DNA of 64,000 bases from NCBI GenBank assembly GCA_047495785.1, contig JBLDXI010000054.1, forward strand, positions 3,658,001 to 3,722,000, in the 5' to 3' direction. The notes beneath the pieces are model-generated. The model did not search any database. It was not told the origin of the DNA and saw only the letters and a list, made by a program, of their open reading frames with translations. The stretch comes from Lepidodermella squamata. Taxonomy: Eukaryota; Animalia; Gastrotricha. This document shows, piece after piece, positions 13,101 through 25,601 of this stretch; positions within the stretch are counted from its first letter, which is position 1; every line of letters starts with the position of its first letter. A program made the translations under genes and the position numbers.

Positions 13101-13474
13101 GACAACGGCGCCGTCGGAGTCGACGGGGCTGTCGGATTGGCGGCGGCAACAGGCGGGGCGGCCGCAACGGCTGGCGCAGCGGCGACCGGGACTGTTGCGA
13201 CAACGGCCTGCGGAACGGCGGCGATGCTTTTGCGAGGCGTGTCCGCCATGGTTCTAGCTTGATATAGCGAGGTTTTTTCGGCAACGGCGCCTAAAGTGGA
13301 TTTCCAAGCCCGACTGAGACCTGCTTGAGGAACGCCGGAGTTGTCACGTGGCAATCCACCGCCTCCTGGTATACCACCAGATGGCAAAGCTGGAAACAAA
13401 CACAAAAAATATTAGAAACGGCAAAAAAAATCTGCAATAATTAGTTTATTTTTTGAAAAAATACCTTTCGCCAT
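4110..13474 (-). CDS. L-type voltage-gated calcium channel alpha-1 subunit (Cav1), multi-exon
   Basis: Four repeats with S4 segments and an EEEE filter (TMEGW, TGEDW, TFEGW, TGESW), AID ([18 protein letters not shown]), EF-hand/pre-IQ/IQ ([22 protein letters not shown]) and PCRD ([23 protein letters not shown]). Probable first coding exon 13474-13465 (MAK) splices in frame to 13389. The stop at 4110 overlaps a GTAAGT, so a further 3' exon cannot be excluded. Confidence 0.97.
6751..7520 (+). CDS. Nested antisense gene inside a Cav1 intron; about 240 aa, P/E/V-rich linker plus a possible RRM-like domain
   Basis: ATG 6751; exon 1 6751-6876; 47-nt GT-AG intron 6877-6923; exon 2 6924-7520 open for 199 codons in frame. 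The ORF track shows only fragments. C-terminal region [31 protein letters not shown]. Confidence 0.75.
10444..10730. repeat. Dispersed repeat, copy 2 (in a Cav1 intron; empty site for the 3392-3572 insertion)
   Basis: Collinear similarity to 3304-3391 plus 3580-3762. Confidence 0.75.
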
Positions 13475-15463
13475 TTTTCGCTATATACTAGTGTCTCATA
13501 GCATTCAGGTAAAAAGGGTAGTCTTTTCGACTAAAAATAATACGCGTTAAAGCGTGACGCAAAAACAGTGTTTTTAGGCGAACGAGGTGGGAAGTAGATA
13601 AACGCGGGTTTATTAGTATTTACCAGCAAATAAAACGTGGTTTCCCAAATATAGGACTTGGCAGAAGCTTACTCTGTGTGATATCACTCTTGTTGATCGG
13701 TGGTGGTCTCTGCGGTGCGTTGTGTGGTGATGAGCCTCAACACAACAACAACAACAACAACATCAACAGCACAAAACCGGGCGATGATACACCACCCAGC
13801 AGATTCAGCAGAAACAGCCGATGATGATGATCCAGGCTCGTTATTACGGTAATTGTAATAATATTTGATTATCAACTATATTATAATGATAGCTGAGATT
13901 TGCCTATACGTATAGGTGTAATATCATCAGTTTCGGTCGCTTGACCACGTCGAACCTCGAACAAGGGTTCCAGGGTGCGCGCGCATTATTGCGAACAGTA
14001 TTATATCGCCTATTATAATACGGCATATCACTACAGCAGCCTACAGGGTGAAATGCAGCTGTAAAATTCGGTACTAGGGCCTTTATTATCGCGGTCCAGA
14101 TTCGACTGACTGCACGCTGCTTCTGGTGATAGTAATAATAACGCGAATACTCGCAGATATTTTAAGGCGGCTGTATAGCTAGGTATAGGCTATTAACACT
14201 CGCACGCGCCCGTGCAGCATGAGGCATCATTTGATGCTACTGCTCGATTATAAGGAATTCCTATATATAGCTATGTGTATATCTGTTGTTCGCTCGCACC
14301 GGTCGGTACAAGCCGCGTGTCTGTTCAGCGCTGCTCCTCTGCTGCTGACGTTGAGCAGAAGCGCGCAGAAGCAAATGGCCCCGCATTGTACAACGCGAAG
14401 GCATTTCTAACCGCGGTTATAATAGCTGCTGCTTCGGCTCAGATATGCAGAAATGGCAAAGTTATTAATAATAGCATATATATAATATTATATAATAAAT
14501 CGGGCAACTCGAAAGAACTGAAAAAGAAGCTGATGCATCATCGTAGAGCGCGTGTTTACCCGCCCGAAATGTCGGCGCAAAATAACGTGCTGCAACGCTG
14601 CAGGCAGTTTTTATAACAATACAGCGCGTTAATATCATCAGACTGGGCGGTGGTACGTATAGAGATATAGGCAGTCGGAAGGTATATAACGCGGAAAAAG
14701 CCGGGTGCGCGGCATGCGTTGGGTCGGGTGGGAGATGCCGCTTTGCCTACCTATACCTCTCGTTCTATGTAGTAATTTGAACGAGGCCCGAAAAAATGAG
14801 AAAGGTGGTATTACACGCGCGGCTCTTCGCTTCTTTATTGGCGCTATTTTTTAGCCGGTTTGCGCTGCACAATGCCACTCAGGCCGAAGTAGCGTATGCG
14901 GTGTATGAGATTAATCTACATAGGGCAATATAATTAAAAAACGTTGACCCAATAATATAACCTATGTTGGCTGCAGAGGTATGTTAACAGGCCAGAGTTG
15001 TTGTAGGATTGTTCCCTTCCTCCCTCACTGGGACTGTTTTCATCAGCAGACAGCGAGATACGGGAATACGGGGATTAAACGCTTTTTCATCTGCTATGAG
15101 TCAGTATAATATCCCAACGGTATGCGAAGACAATAAGGGACATTCAGATGATAAAGATGACTGTATGATAAGTAAATAGCACGCTCATCTCACAAAAGAA
15201 TAGGACATTGAAAAATTCGGAAAGCTGTCTTGGAACTTGGAATGAACCTTATAAGGTGAAATTATTTTTGAGGATCCTGAGCCGAGCAAATAATTTGTAA
15301 GCCGGAGCTTTAAACTTGAACTTGAAACCTAGTTCCATCCCAAAATTCCTAATTTCAACCAAAAATGTGTCGTAAAACTCGGTTATCAACATCGTTTCAG
15401 GTTGCAAACTTTTAAAAGAGAAGAAAAAAAGGATTTTTATCCGCTTTAAAACTGACTAAATCG

Positions 15464-15829
15464 TCATTTTTTCAAGTTTTCAACTTCTGCCCAACCTGAA
15501 AATGGAGTTTCAGCCTCGTAGCCGACTCTCAGCGGCCCACTTCGATGCAGCCAGAAACTCAAATCAGGCGTTTCCAAAATCCTGACAGCAGCAGTGAGTT
15601 CGTGAATAACGGTGTTTGGCTCGACGCTGCCAGGCGGCCCAGGCGCTTGATCGTTGGATGAAGACGGAATTCGAGCGACAGTTCCGCGCCGCCGACGTCG
15701 CCGGGGCTTGTTCGCCTTTTCTGCTGGGTCACATGGCACCGAAGCCCGGGTAGCAACGGGCGTTGGAACTACAACGGGCTGCGGCGGCGGCGGCTTCCTC
15801 TTGATCGGAATACGGACCATACGGACCAT
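15464..15829 (-). pseudogene. Histone H4-like relic or derived ORF with a long Pro/Arg-rich N-terminal tail
   Basis: Switching frames gives RRRRGTVARI..PTIKRLGR(R)GSVE..NTVIHELTAAVRILE versus H4 [45 protein letters not shown]. Two compensating frameshifts keep a 121-aa ORF open; the C-terminal half of the histone fold is not recognisable. Confidence 0.5.
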
Positions 15830-18800
15830 TTTCGCGATCTTTTTCTTGCAATCAACTCGAGCTAAAACTATCTCTCAAACGCATCTCTCACGGCGATTAC
15901 GACCGCGGTAAAATCGCCGGAAAAAATCTGGGTGAAAAAGTCTTATTTACTATATGCGTGATAGTAAGAACGTCGCCGGCCGGCGTTGTTTAGAAAATCG
16001 TCGCCGATCAATTTTTGAAGAGGCCAAAGTGGCCAGGTACGCGCGCGAGACAAACAGCCGTATGTATTACGGAAATTATTTGTACTATATATTATTAATA
16101 AAAAGTGATTTTGCGAGCCCTACCAATAATTTCGTCATCGTCTTCGTCGTCCATCTCATCGAAGCGACGAAACACTATAACATCACCGCATCAATCGATT
16201 TCTCCCAGGCATCAACAGTAAAATCGCTTCTCGGCGGCCAAATAACAACATTTTCTCCGTAGGAGGGGGCAGTCGATCGAAAAATAGCAACAAAAAATGG
16301 CAAACAGGCCGAGTATGTTAATGAAAGCGAAAAAACGGTCTTTAGTAGCTTTTAATTAAAAGGAGTCACACCCAGCGTTAAATGGCGACTAAACTCTATT
16401 GACCAGTGCAGTGGTAAAAAAAACGTACCTGATTTTTATTGAGCTTAGTAGGAGAGATGCTTTCTCCGACGTCGTCGCGTCAATTTGAAGGGCGCAAAGG
16501 CGATGTCATCGGCCGCCTTTCACGCTCAACCGGTAAACATTCGCGCATATCATACGCGAAATTTCCAGAATAAAAATGAGGTAAAAGCCTAAAGACTGGA
16601 AGAATTTTTATTGCATCGAATGGCTAGTAATTTCACTTTTGGTGCGAAGGAAGAGATTGTAGGTCAAATGCGGCATTTTATTAATGAGAACATACTAACG
16701 CATGAGCTATGCGGTTATTATTATAGTCATTATTATTACTATCGAAACGGGTTATAAGTGAATGGTGTTTATCGGTTTATCGGAAGGTATGTAACCGAAA
16801 CTTCTACTCTATCATTATTTTTCGTTTTTTTTCGTTGAATGCTGAAGGCTGAAAATAACTAAAGAAAATATTAATGGAATTACGAGAGAAGATGCGCAAT
16901 AAGAAAGATCCCTTTTTTCTTTCCCTGCCGACTGTTACCTTTCATACGATCTAAACTAGCAGGCCTCACTAAACAATTAATTTATTTTTTACGAATAATT
17001 TGGATAGTTCAAGAATTAGCGCATTAGGGTCAATATAAAAAATCCATTTTATCAGACTAGCCAGAGCTAAACCTATAACCAGGTGTCTTAAAGAGCTCCG
17101 AACAGCCATTTTGTTAGCAATTTTATATACTCCGATCCCTTATCAGGGCCTCCGACCCCCGAAAAGTTTCAATTTGTTTCGTCAATAAAGAAAACATGGT
17201 TCTGCTCCGTCCAAAGGTATATCTAGCCTTAACGGGGTGTGGTAGCCGCTGAATGGTGTAAAAATGGACCTTAAAAACAGCCGAATAGCCCGACATTTCG
17301 GGGGTGGGTTGAGGATGGCTAGATAAACTAAACTTTTGGCTCCGTGTAATATCTATAGTGAATGGATAGAGTTTCCTAAATAATGATAACCAGAAAATTG
17401 AAATTAACAGAATGGCGTCGCTGTTTACGTTGGTTTCTTACAAAAAATATGTTTTAATATCGACCGGTAGTTGTTTCTGTTTACGGCGTGATGGAAAGTC
17501 TGGTGTATTTGGATGAAAAGCTTTCGACTGTTTGGAACCAAAAGTTGTATTTTTGTGGTAACAAATGCTAAAAACGGTGTGTTACAAGTGGCGTTTCACG
17601 CTGTTTGCGCTTCGGAAGCATCGAGAATCGAGCCGCGATTTCTGATGAAAAATAGCCAGGCATGGGGCCAATCTTTGATGGTTTATCTGCTACAAGCTCT
17701 GGCCACAACACGCCTGCCAATGATCGGCGGCGGTGAGCTAGTTTAACCGCGAGTAATAACGCCAATTTTGTAACAATTATATACGTTACTCGTTGTTCAT
17801 CTGCGCGGCGTAGAGCGAGTAGCCAGCTCGCTATTTGTTACCAGGCATGTTTTCTAAACAATCACCGCTCATGATCATCGGAGCGGCTGCTGCGGAATGA
17901 GAGAGGCGGAATTTCCCAGCAAGGTACCTGTATGTAGCGTAAAAAGCCACGTAGTATAAACAGCGTGGTCGGAAGCAACTTTTCACGCCGTGCCGATATA
18001 TTTGTTGCAATGCCCGGCGCAAGACCCCGTGTCCAGACTCGAGGCATATCGATGAACCGCCAAGAGGCGGTGATCAATCAGCGGCATCACGGGACGCCCA
18101 CCTGGTCTGGTCAGTTTCGAGGAGGCCAGCAATGGAATTCAACTGCTGACATTCTTTCGCCTTCGTAAATTACTAAAATTAGCTCTATTTTTTTCTTAAT
18201 TTTTTCTTCTCGGTAACGCATTTGTACCGCATAGTGGTGAAAATAGCAAAACCACGCAGATACAGGATATCCCTATCGCACTTGCGGCGCCAAATATAAT
18301 CGACAAAGAATTTGAATAAAATAAATTGAGGCAATTTTGTAATTTTGCAATAAATGCATTCCTAGCAAATGATTGACTGCTCTAAATATTTTCAGCTGTT
18401 AATAAAAATCGATAGTTCGAGGCTTATATGATATCATCTGTATTTGGCTATAGATAGCAAAACAATATGTCATGTTATTCCGGTGTTTTAGCGATCTTCA
18501 TGGTGCTGCCTGATTAGTTTGCCAACAAGTATAGCGATGAGTCACTGTTTTTTTTCTGGTCATTTTTTTGCGTGTTGCGTGACTTCATGATCAGCCAATA
18601 ATCGTTGGAACCGCGGCGCAACGTGGCGCGCTGTTTCACGCCTGATGATGGCTGGCAATCGATTGGAAAGAAAGCGCTGACAATTCACCTGGTGGGATGA
18701 TGCAATTATTACAGAATCAGAATGGCAAATACTTTTAAGCTGTGACGTTTTTTTGGCGCAATTTTTTCAGCTAATATAATATACTTTTTTGTTATAGCTG

Positions 18801-19987
18801 AAACCTGGAAATATTTCCACACAACAGTTTTCAGTTTGTAGTTCGATTTGCTTCATTACCACCCGGTTCTTCCAGCAGAGCTATAAATAATTAATTCTGT
18901 ATTATTTGTGTTGGCATTCTAATTTTTTGCGTTCACCAGGCGAGAAAGAAATTGCGATGAAAAGCCGCGAACCGAAGCGCACCTGTGACATAATAATTAT
19001 CGTGTTTTCTCAAGGCCTTGCGTTTTTTTAATTAATTTTTCGACCGCTCCTTTGCGGCAAAATTTATTAGACTAAAACCTGATCTTGGACATGTCACTCT
19101 ATACCCTGGTTTTAGCGGATTAATTTTCCACGCAGTAATAACAAAAAACGGGCAAAATTCCTTCCGCTTATTTATTATTGCGCATAAGTAGGTGATATTT
19201 ACGAAAATTTTAATAGCCCTGAGCGAGTGTTGTTTTTGCGTCTTGTTGATCGCAGAAATAAATTAGCCGTCTGATTTAAGATTGATCTGATTATTCACAC
19301 GTAGAAAAAACATGTCACGCTTCATTATATATATATCCCTCCGTGACGAACCTCCTGTTTATCCCTTCTTTATTAGGCTGTTATCCGCTAAAAAATAATC
19401 GCATTTTAAGGCTGAGCCCTACGTCAGCTCAAGTCGCGTGAGAATAATTCCGCGCTTTCTATTGCATACGAAGTCTATACTTCAATATAGTTTATATAGT
19501 TTTTTCAATTTTTGGCCGCTCTTTCTTCCTGTTTTCAATGCAGATGTATTTCACACCCCAGCTTGCGTAATTCCGGTCCTGCTTAGCCGCAGTGTATAAA
19601 AACGGGAGAAACCTTTCAATTTCTAGCGCCATTTTTTTTTCCTCTGACTTTTATTGGCTCTCACTTGCGAAACAATAACGAGATAGGCCTCGCGTGAAAT
19701 TTCCCCTGCATTGATCGCTCAGGTGAGACATGAAACTACATGAACCATGAATAGCTTTACCGCCGGCGTCTTTGAATTGAAGCAAGTAAAATACATATAT
19801 AATGTACCACGCTTTTTCACCGTTAAAATGAGTTCGCTTTCCTTTGTGTAATTTTTAGCTAGAAGTTTTTTCTTTTTCCCGTCGAAATTCAACACCGTAA
19901 TTACAGCCGTAGGTTAAAATATTTTAAGTGTCCTCCTAAAACCGCAGAAAATATTTTTATTAATTTTTTTTAGAATTTTAATTTAAA

Positions 19988-20611
19988 ATGCAGCGATCGT
20001 TCTCCGAATCTGAGTTGTCTATACGTCGTCGGGATAACTCGTACCTGATTAATGATGACGAAATCGAGTATCTAACATCAGCTCATCACTACAACAACTT
20101 GCTCTGCGGCTCAAATAACAAAAATCACCATGAAAATCATCCGGCCAACGAAAAATGCAAGGCAACGCGCATGAAATCGCTTTCGAATGGTGCTGAAGTC
20201 ACGCCAAGCATGTCTCGGCTCGTTATGCTTGTTGCTAGTAAACGAGCGTTATTGCTGAATAAGAAATCTTCCGTCGACTCGGCCGTGAAGGCGATGAAGA
20301 TATTGGCGAGTAAAGCGAGACGCATCAGCCAGCAGCAAAAGCAACAGCAGGAGGCGAATAGCAACGACATCTATGCAAGGCATTTCGGCGCCGGATTGCG
20401 GCAAGGATCGGCCATTTCGGGGCGGCGAAATATTGCGCCGAAATTGGCCGCTGAAAATTATTGCGCCATCGATGATGACATTGAAGATGAGCAGTGTACG
20501 CTGAGCCAGGATGAAGAGGAAGAACAAGTTGCGAATCACTTTTTCGAGGCTGAGAAGCACATGAACCAGGCGATAACTCGTATGCGAGTCTCTGAGTGGT
20601 TATGCCACTAA
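19988..20611 (+). CDS. Hypothetical 207-aa single-exon protein, largely disordered
   Basis: ATG in aaaATG context just after a ttttttag acceptor-like site; GC-richer than its flanks; AATAAA at about 20672. No recognised domain. Confidence 0.65.
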   Translation: MQRSFSESELSIRRRDNSYLINDDEIEYLTSAHHYNNLLCGSNNKNHHENHPANEKCKATRMKSLSNGAEVTPSMSRLVMLVASKRALLLNKKSSVDSAVKAMKILASKARRISQQQKQQQEANSNDIYARHFGAGLRQGSAISGRRNIAPKLAAENYCAIDDDIEDEQCTLSQDEEEEQVANHFFEAEKHMNQAITRMRVSEWLCH

Positions 20612-21644
20612 AATCTGTTGTAAAAAAACGGCCCACTACCCTTTCCAAATTATAAATCCATGCGTGTTTTCAATAAATAATCTACCTATAATTTTGTCTT
20701 CAATTTACTATTAGAGAATAGTTGAAAAAATGTGTCGGATATATTTTATGTATATAATTTATTTTAATAATGTTCTTATTATTGACCGAATTCCGATTTC
20801 TGCGACAATTCAATAAAAATGCTCGGTGTTTTGACGCAATGCTTGTTTTTTCCCACGCGTTGCCCGTTGAAATTATATGATATTTCGCCTAAATATTTCA
20901 AACTCTAAATTTTACAAGGTGGCTGAAAAATTCAGCGTTTTATACACGCGTTTTATCCTTTTATTTTCAGTTGGTTTTTTGGGGTTTTATCGAACTGTTA
21001 CGGGGCGATTTATTTACATCCCAGCACTGAGTTTCAGCCGTTTTCAGACCTCACATAAAGATTTTCAGCGCTTAATTTGCTAAAAGAGTTGAAGCGTTCA
21101 AATATTAATAGCATCGTGATGTGGCCGCAAATCGATATCGATTGGAAACAGCGCTTGTGCCACTCAACCGCGCCAGCCGAAGTTGTAATATAAACTACTT
21201 CGGCTAGATTTTTTTCAGGTAAAGAAAGCTCGACTCAAATAAGGTCGCCAAAACATAATCGTATTATCTGAAATTCAAAAAAATTCTGGCTGGTCGTGTT
21301 ATATATATTTCTGCAAATGCACATGTTGTGTAATGAATCGGGCATTGGGCATGCCTATAAATATTCTTCATTTATGCAGTCCATATATGTATACTTGCGC
21401 GCACAACCAGTACTAGGTACTTGGCTAGTGATTTCTTATTTCTATGCTGATTGTAAGAATAAACATGTAACCGGCTACCGAGGAGGCGCGGGGATGTCTT
21501 ACAACAGCGTGCAGCTCGTGGCACGTGATGGTAGAAATCCGCTCATGTGAGACGTCAGCCGACATATTAGACATGTTGGCCTCACATGGTGCTGGTAGCC
21601 GGGTTCACTCTGTGCTGGTTAGTTTCGGAATCAATTAGGAATTA

Positions 21645-23076
21645 AATATTTGTATGATATAACATGAGTAGGAATCTATATTTGAGTGAAGCACGAAATA
21701 TAGATCGAGTAAAACGAATGAAACGAGTGAAATCGAGGCGGAACGAGCCGGTAGGCGAGTGGAGACGAGATTTCACGAGGTGAATGAGTTTTACGAGATC
21801 TATACGAGTGCTTCACGAAAATATAGGTTTCTACGAATGTTGTATCGTAAAATATTACACGGTGTCTATATTTTTCGCAAAATAATAAATAATAAATAAT
21901 AAAAAATCCAACCTAAAATTTCATTGAAAAATGGCTTTCTATTCATTCTCGCTCATTTTACTCATTCGTTCGAATTTCGTCTCGTTTTGAAAGTCGATTT
22001 TCTGTCCGACCGGAATTCTGCTCGAATTTCACGAACAAATGCTCCCAGAATTCTGCTCCGATTGGCAAAGCTGCCGCAATTGAAGCCGAATGGTTCGATA
22101 ACCCATCAACCCTGAAACCTGGTTCCTTCGAAATCAACGTTCGCGAAAACCATGCGCCTTTACAATCCGAAGAAACTGGCTCGATTTGAACGACACGTTT
22201 GGTGGCGATGAAAGAATGTCAAGCAGTCCGTCGGAATTTCATCTCTGGTTGTTGAAAATGGCTCAGTTTCGGACTAGCGCGTCGCACCGGTGTTTGGTAC
22301 GTCGATGTTTTCAACGTGATCGAATCGGAACTGTCGCAGGCAGAGTGCTCCAAGTTCAAGGTGGTGATCAAGTTTCAAGGTGGTGATTTCTGCGAATTGG
22401 GGTCAAAATGCTGTCCGATTTTCTGGATTTTCTGCTCAGTGTTCCCGGCGCGTTCTATCGATCTATGGAGGCGACTTGTTGACCGTACGATGTTCGATGA
22501 TCTTCTGCGCGATCCGACCCACGAATCGCTGCGAATTCATGCACAGCGGGGACGAAATGCTGCCCGATTTTCCGGAGTTTTCTGAGAAATTCTGGTTCCT
22601 ACGGCCAATTTCTGCCAAGCGCTCCCCGTCTAAATTATTCTAAAAATTGAATTTCTCCATTTTATTTCATAATAAATTGCGTTGCGAAAACTATATCCCT
22701 GTGTTTTTCCGTTAGAATTAGCTGTTTCAAGACCTCGGAAGTATTGGGCTTGGAAATGGGCATCTATATTCAAAATATAGATTTCCCAGGTCAAAAATAT
22801 AGATACACCTGAATCTATATTTCAGATATAGATCAGAAATATAGTTCATATTCAAATCTATATTTGAAGTATGAAATAATATAGATTTGTGTTTCAAGGT
22901 TAAAAATATAGACACAGTGTTATATTTGTATGGTATGACATGAGTAAAACGTTTATATCTGTACGGAGCCGCCCGAGATTTACGAGTCGGAACGAGCCGG
23001 AGGCGAGTTGCGATGAGTAAATCGAGTGCGGCGAGTTCAGATATGAACGATTTACGAATGTTATACCGTAAAATAT
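21645..23076 (+). mobile_element. 1.4-kb putative non-autonomous element bounded by two related long hairpins (21645-21856 and 22922-23076)
   Basis: Both hairpins run atatttgtatg.tat.acatgagta ... tacgaatgtt.ta.cgtaaaatat with a central aacgagcc-gg(t)a-ggcgagt. Inner inverted repeat 21857-21875 / 22902-22920 (18/19). Array of aatatagat/atctatatt motifs at 22760-22910. No intact internal ORF. Confidence 0.7.
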
Positions 23077-24648
23077 CGAATTGTCATAGCGACTCGACCT
23101 ATATTTTTGGCGACAATTCTATATTTATTTATATTCTATGTTTTCTATATTAATGCATTTACTGCTGTTTTATGAAATAAATCCCTCAAAGTGGCGCCTT
23201 ATATACCTAGCTGGCCGCGTTTGCTCCCTATTCTGTAACGCAATTATGAAAGCCCATAAGCTTTCCAAATTCAAAAGTATCCCGTAACAAAAATTTCATC
23301 TAGTAAACTAATTGTGTGAAACAGGAAACAAGATTATTACCCATACAGATGCGCAAAATCGTGTTTCGCGCATTCCACACACAAATTTGCATATTTATTT
23401 TACAGGAGATGAAATTAATGCTATCATGGGGCAAATTTACCATACGCCTGCGTTTAAAACTTCGATCATTTCTTTCTGCAAGATATGTCGATACAGGGGT
23501 CGGTCCAGTTTATAATTATACTACTTACTAAACCGGACGTGGCGCAGATTCCACAGATGCGCATTGCGATAGCGTGGCATCTTCTCGTGACGCGCATCTC
23601 ATGATTAATTGCAATTAACCACCCAGTGCTGGCCAATCACCAAAGGCAACAAAGCGGCAGCAAGTGTTCGAATAAGTGTTCACCTATTCAAATGCAAGCA
23701 TTTTACTCAGAAGGGTTGATTAAGTGCGGTGAATTTCGCACCGGTCACGTGCACGTCTCCCCTCTGCAAACTTGGCGCTGCAACATTATGACGCTGCTAA
23801 TTAGTTAGGTCATAAATTTTTAAATTAACGTTTACTTATAAATGGGTATTCATTATTTATTGAATTTTCATAACGCTACTTTCCACCATTCAGCACAATG
23901 CCAACTCTGACCTCTGACAAAGCTGGGAAATTTCAGCCAAAATTCCAAGGGGTTTTGGCTGAGTTATCGCTTGCCTGATCTCAGCTGGCTAAATTGTCGT
24001 AGAGCCAACAAAGCACACGTGTTGATAGCATATTGCAAATGGGGACCGCTTTATGATATATGAAGGCTGGTGTATCATTTTTGGCACACGCGCATTCCTC
24101 TAAAATTATTCTCACCATTTCTCTCTACAGTACTTTTGCGAGCCACCAATCCATCATAATATAACCTTCTTTCATACCCTAAAATCAACTTCCGTTTATT
24201 GACGTAGCCTTGCTTATGTTATATTCATTGGTGTTGTTTCGAAGCTGATTTTTGCGATTTGTCAGACATTTTCCCGGTCTGATGGGGTGCGACGTGATTG
24301 ATTCATCGCCTTCATAATCGTTCGAATACTCATTGGTTTTGATTGAATGAACAGCCCCGTGATTTAATACTTGAGACTAATGTTTAATAGCGATCAACTA
24401 ATCAAATCTTGGCAGCACATATAACATGTATTTATTATTTGTTAGCTCACATACACATCAATTGTGTTGAACTTTGGGCGCTCAGATATTTTGGTCAGAG
24501 CCTTGAAGGAATCGGTTCAGGCGCTCTTCCTTCTGGCTAATTACACCATTGCCCAAATTATTATTACTTAATAACTTAATTATTATAAGCACGATGGCAT
24601 CTAATATGCGGAGCAGGGCTGTTAATCTTCATTGCACCCTTGCGTAAG

Positions 24649-25601
24649 TAGAGATGTTCCGGTTCCATTTTTAATCTGTCCGGTTCGGTTCGGTTCGGTT
24701 CCGAACTTTTTGAGAAGTAACCCGGTTATTTCGGTTTAACCGGCGGTTAACCGCGGGTTCCGCTATGTTTAAGATGGAATCGATAATTCATAATTAATAA
24801 CCGATAATCGATAATCGATACTCGATAATCCGTTGCTCAGACAAAGAAACAAACGGTCCCAGCGTCTTCAGCATGAAATTCTACCCCGGACTACAAATTT
24901 TTAGCATTGTTGGACAATTAGAACTCGAGATATCGTAAAATCAGTGTTACTTCCGATCCCAATTAAGCTAGCGGAAAACTTTCTTTGTTGAAAATTTGTT
25001 CAAAGAAGAACGGCAAAACCGCTTCCTTTCATGTCGAAATCCCCCTTAGTGAATTTGGGACGAGGACTCGGAATCTTTTTTCAGAATTTTTATAGCTATC
25101 ATGGTTATCGAGATAATCAGGGGTCATAAATTAATTTATTGCTTTATTGCCGGGATGCTCTGAATTTTATTTTTGTCTCAAATACCTTTTGTGATACATC
25201 GTCTAGACCAAAATTTCACGAGGAATCGAATGGCACCGTTAGTTTTGCTCTGGCGATCATTGGTAAAAAGGAATTAACGTTTAAATTGATGCAAAAATCC
25301 AATTTTTCAAAAAAATATTCTTACCTTTGTCTGCCCACATGGTCACCTCTATTAACTAAATCTTAGCTTAATAGTGACAGCATTGAATAATGTAGCTGTA
25401 ACACATATAGTGAAACCTTGGAATATCTACGATGAAAAACACAAATCACTGCTGGTCCAGCTGTGTATAGCCAAAACGCGAACCGGCGGTTAACCGGCGG
25501 TTTTTGAAGCTGGAAAAAAGTGGAACCGGGCGGTTTCGGTTCGAAAAAACCGGGTTCAACCCGGTTAGAACCGGCGGTTTTTTGGAACCGGAACATCTCT
25601 A
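24649..25601. mobile_element. hAT-superfamily MITE (953 bp)
   Basis: Perfect 19-bp TIRs tagagatgttccggttcca / tggaaccggaacatctcta; perfect 8-bp TSD tgcgtaag (24641-24648, 25602-25609); dense subterminal aaccgg/cggtt repeats at both ends; no transposase. Confidence 0.92.

Noticed and set aside
4068-13267. Many + strand ORFs overlapping Cav1 exons (e.g. 4068-4418, 4461-4907, 11392-11862, 13008-13262)
   Set aside because: Antisense shadows of GC3-rich coding exons with no independent motifs.
13742-13765. (CAA)n tract, and (GGCA)n near 57328
   Set aside because: Ordinary short microsatellites.
15464-15829. CENP-A or H3 gene call from KPRRRRRRGTVA
   Set aside because: No H3 histone fold follows in any frame; the downstream similarity is to H4.
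21924-22643. Short ORFs inside the hairpin-bounded element as a recombinase or transposase
   Set aside because: All are under 90 aa with no catalytic motifs; a faint VPSKST resemblance to Crypton N-termini is too weak to call.
22760-22920. CRISPR-like array
   Set aside because: Repeats are about 9 bp, in both orientations and irregularly spaced; eukaryotic context with no cas genes.
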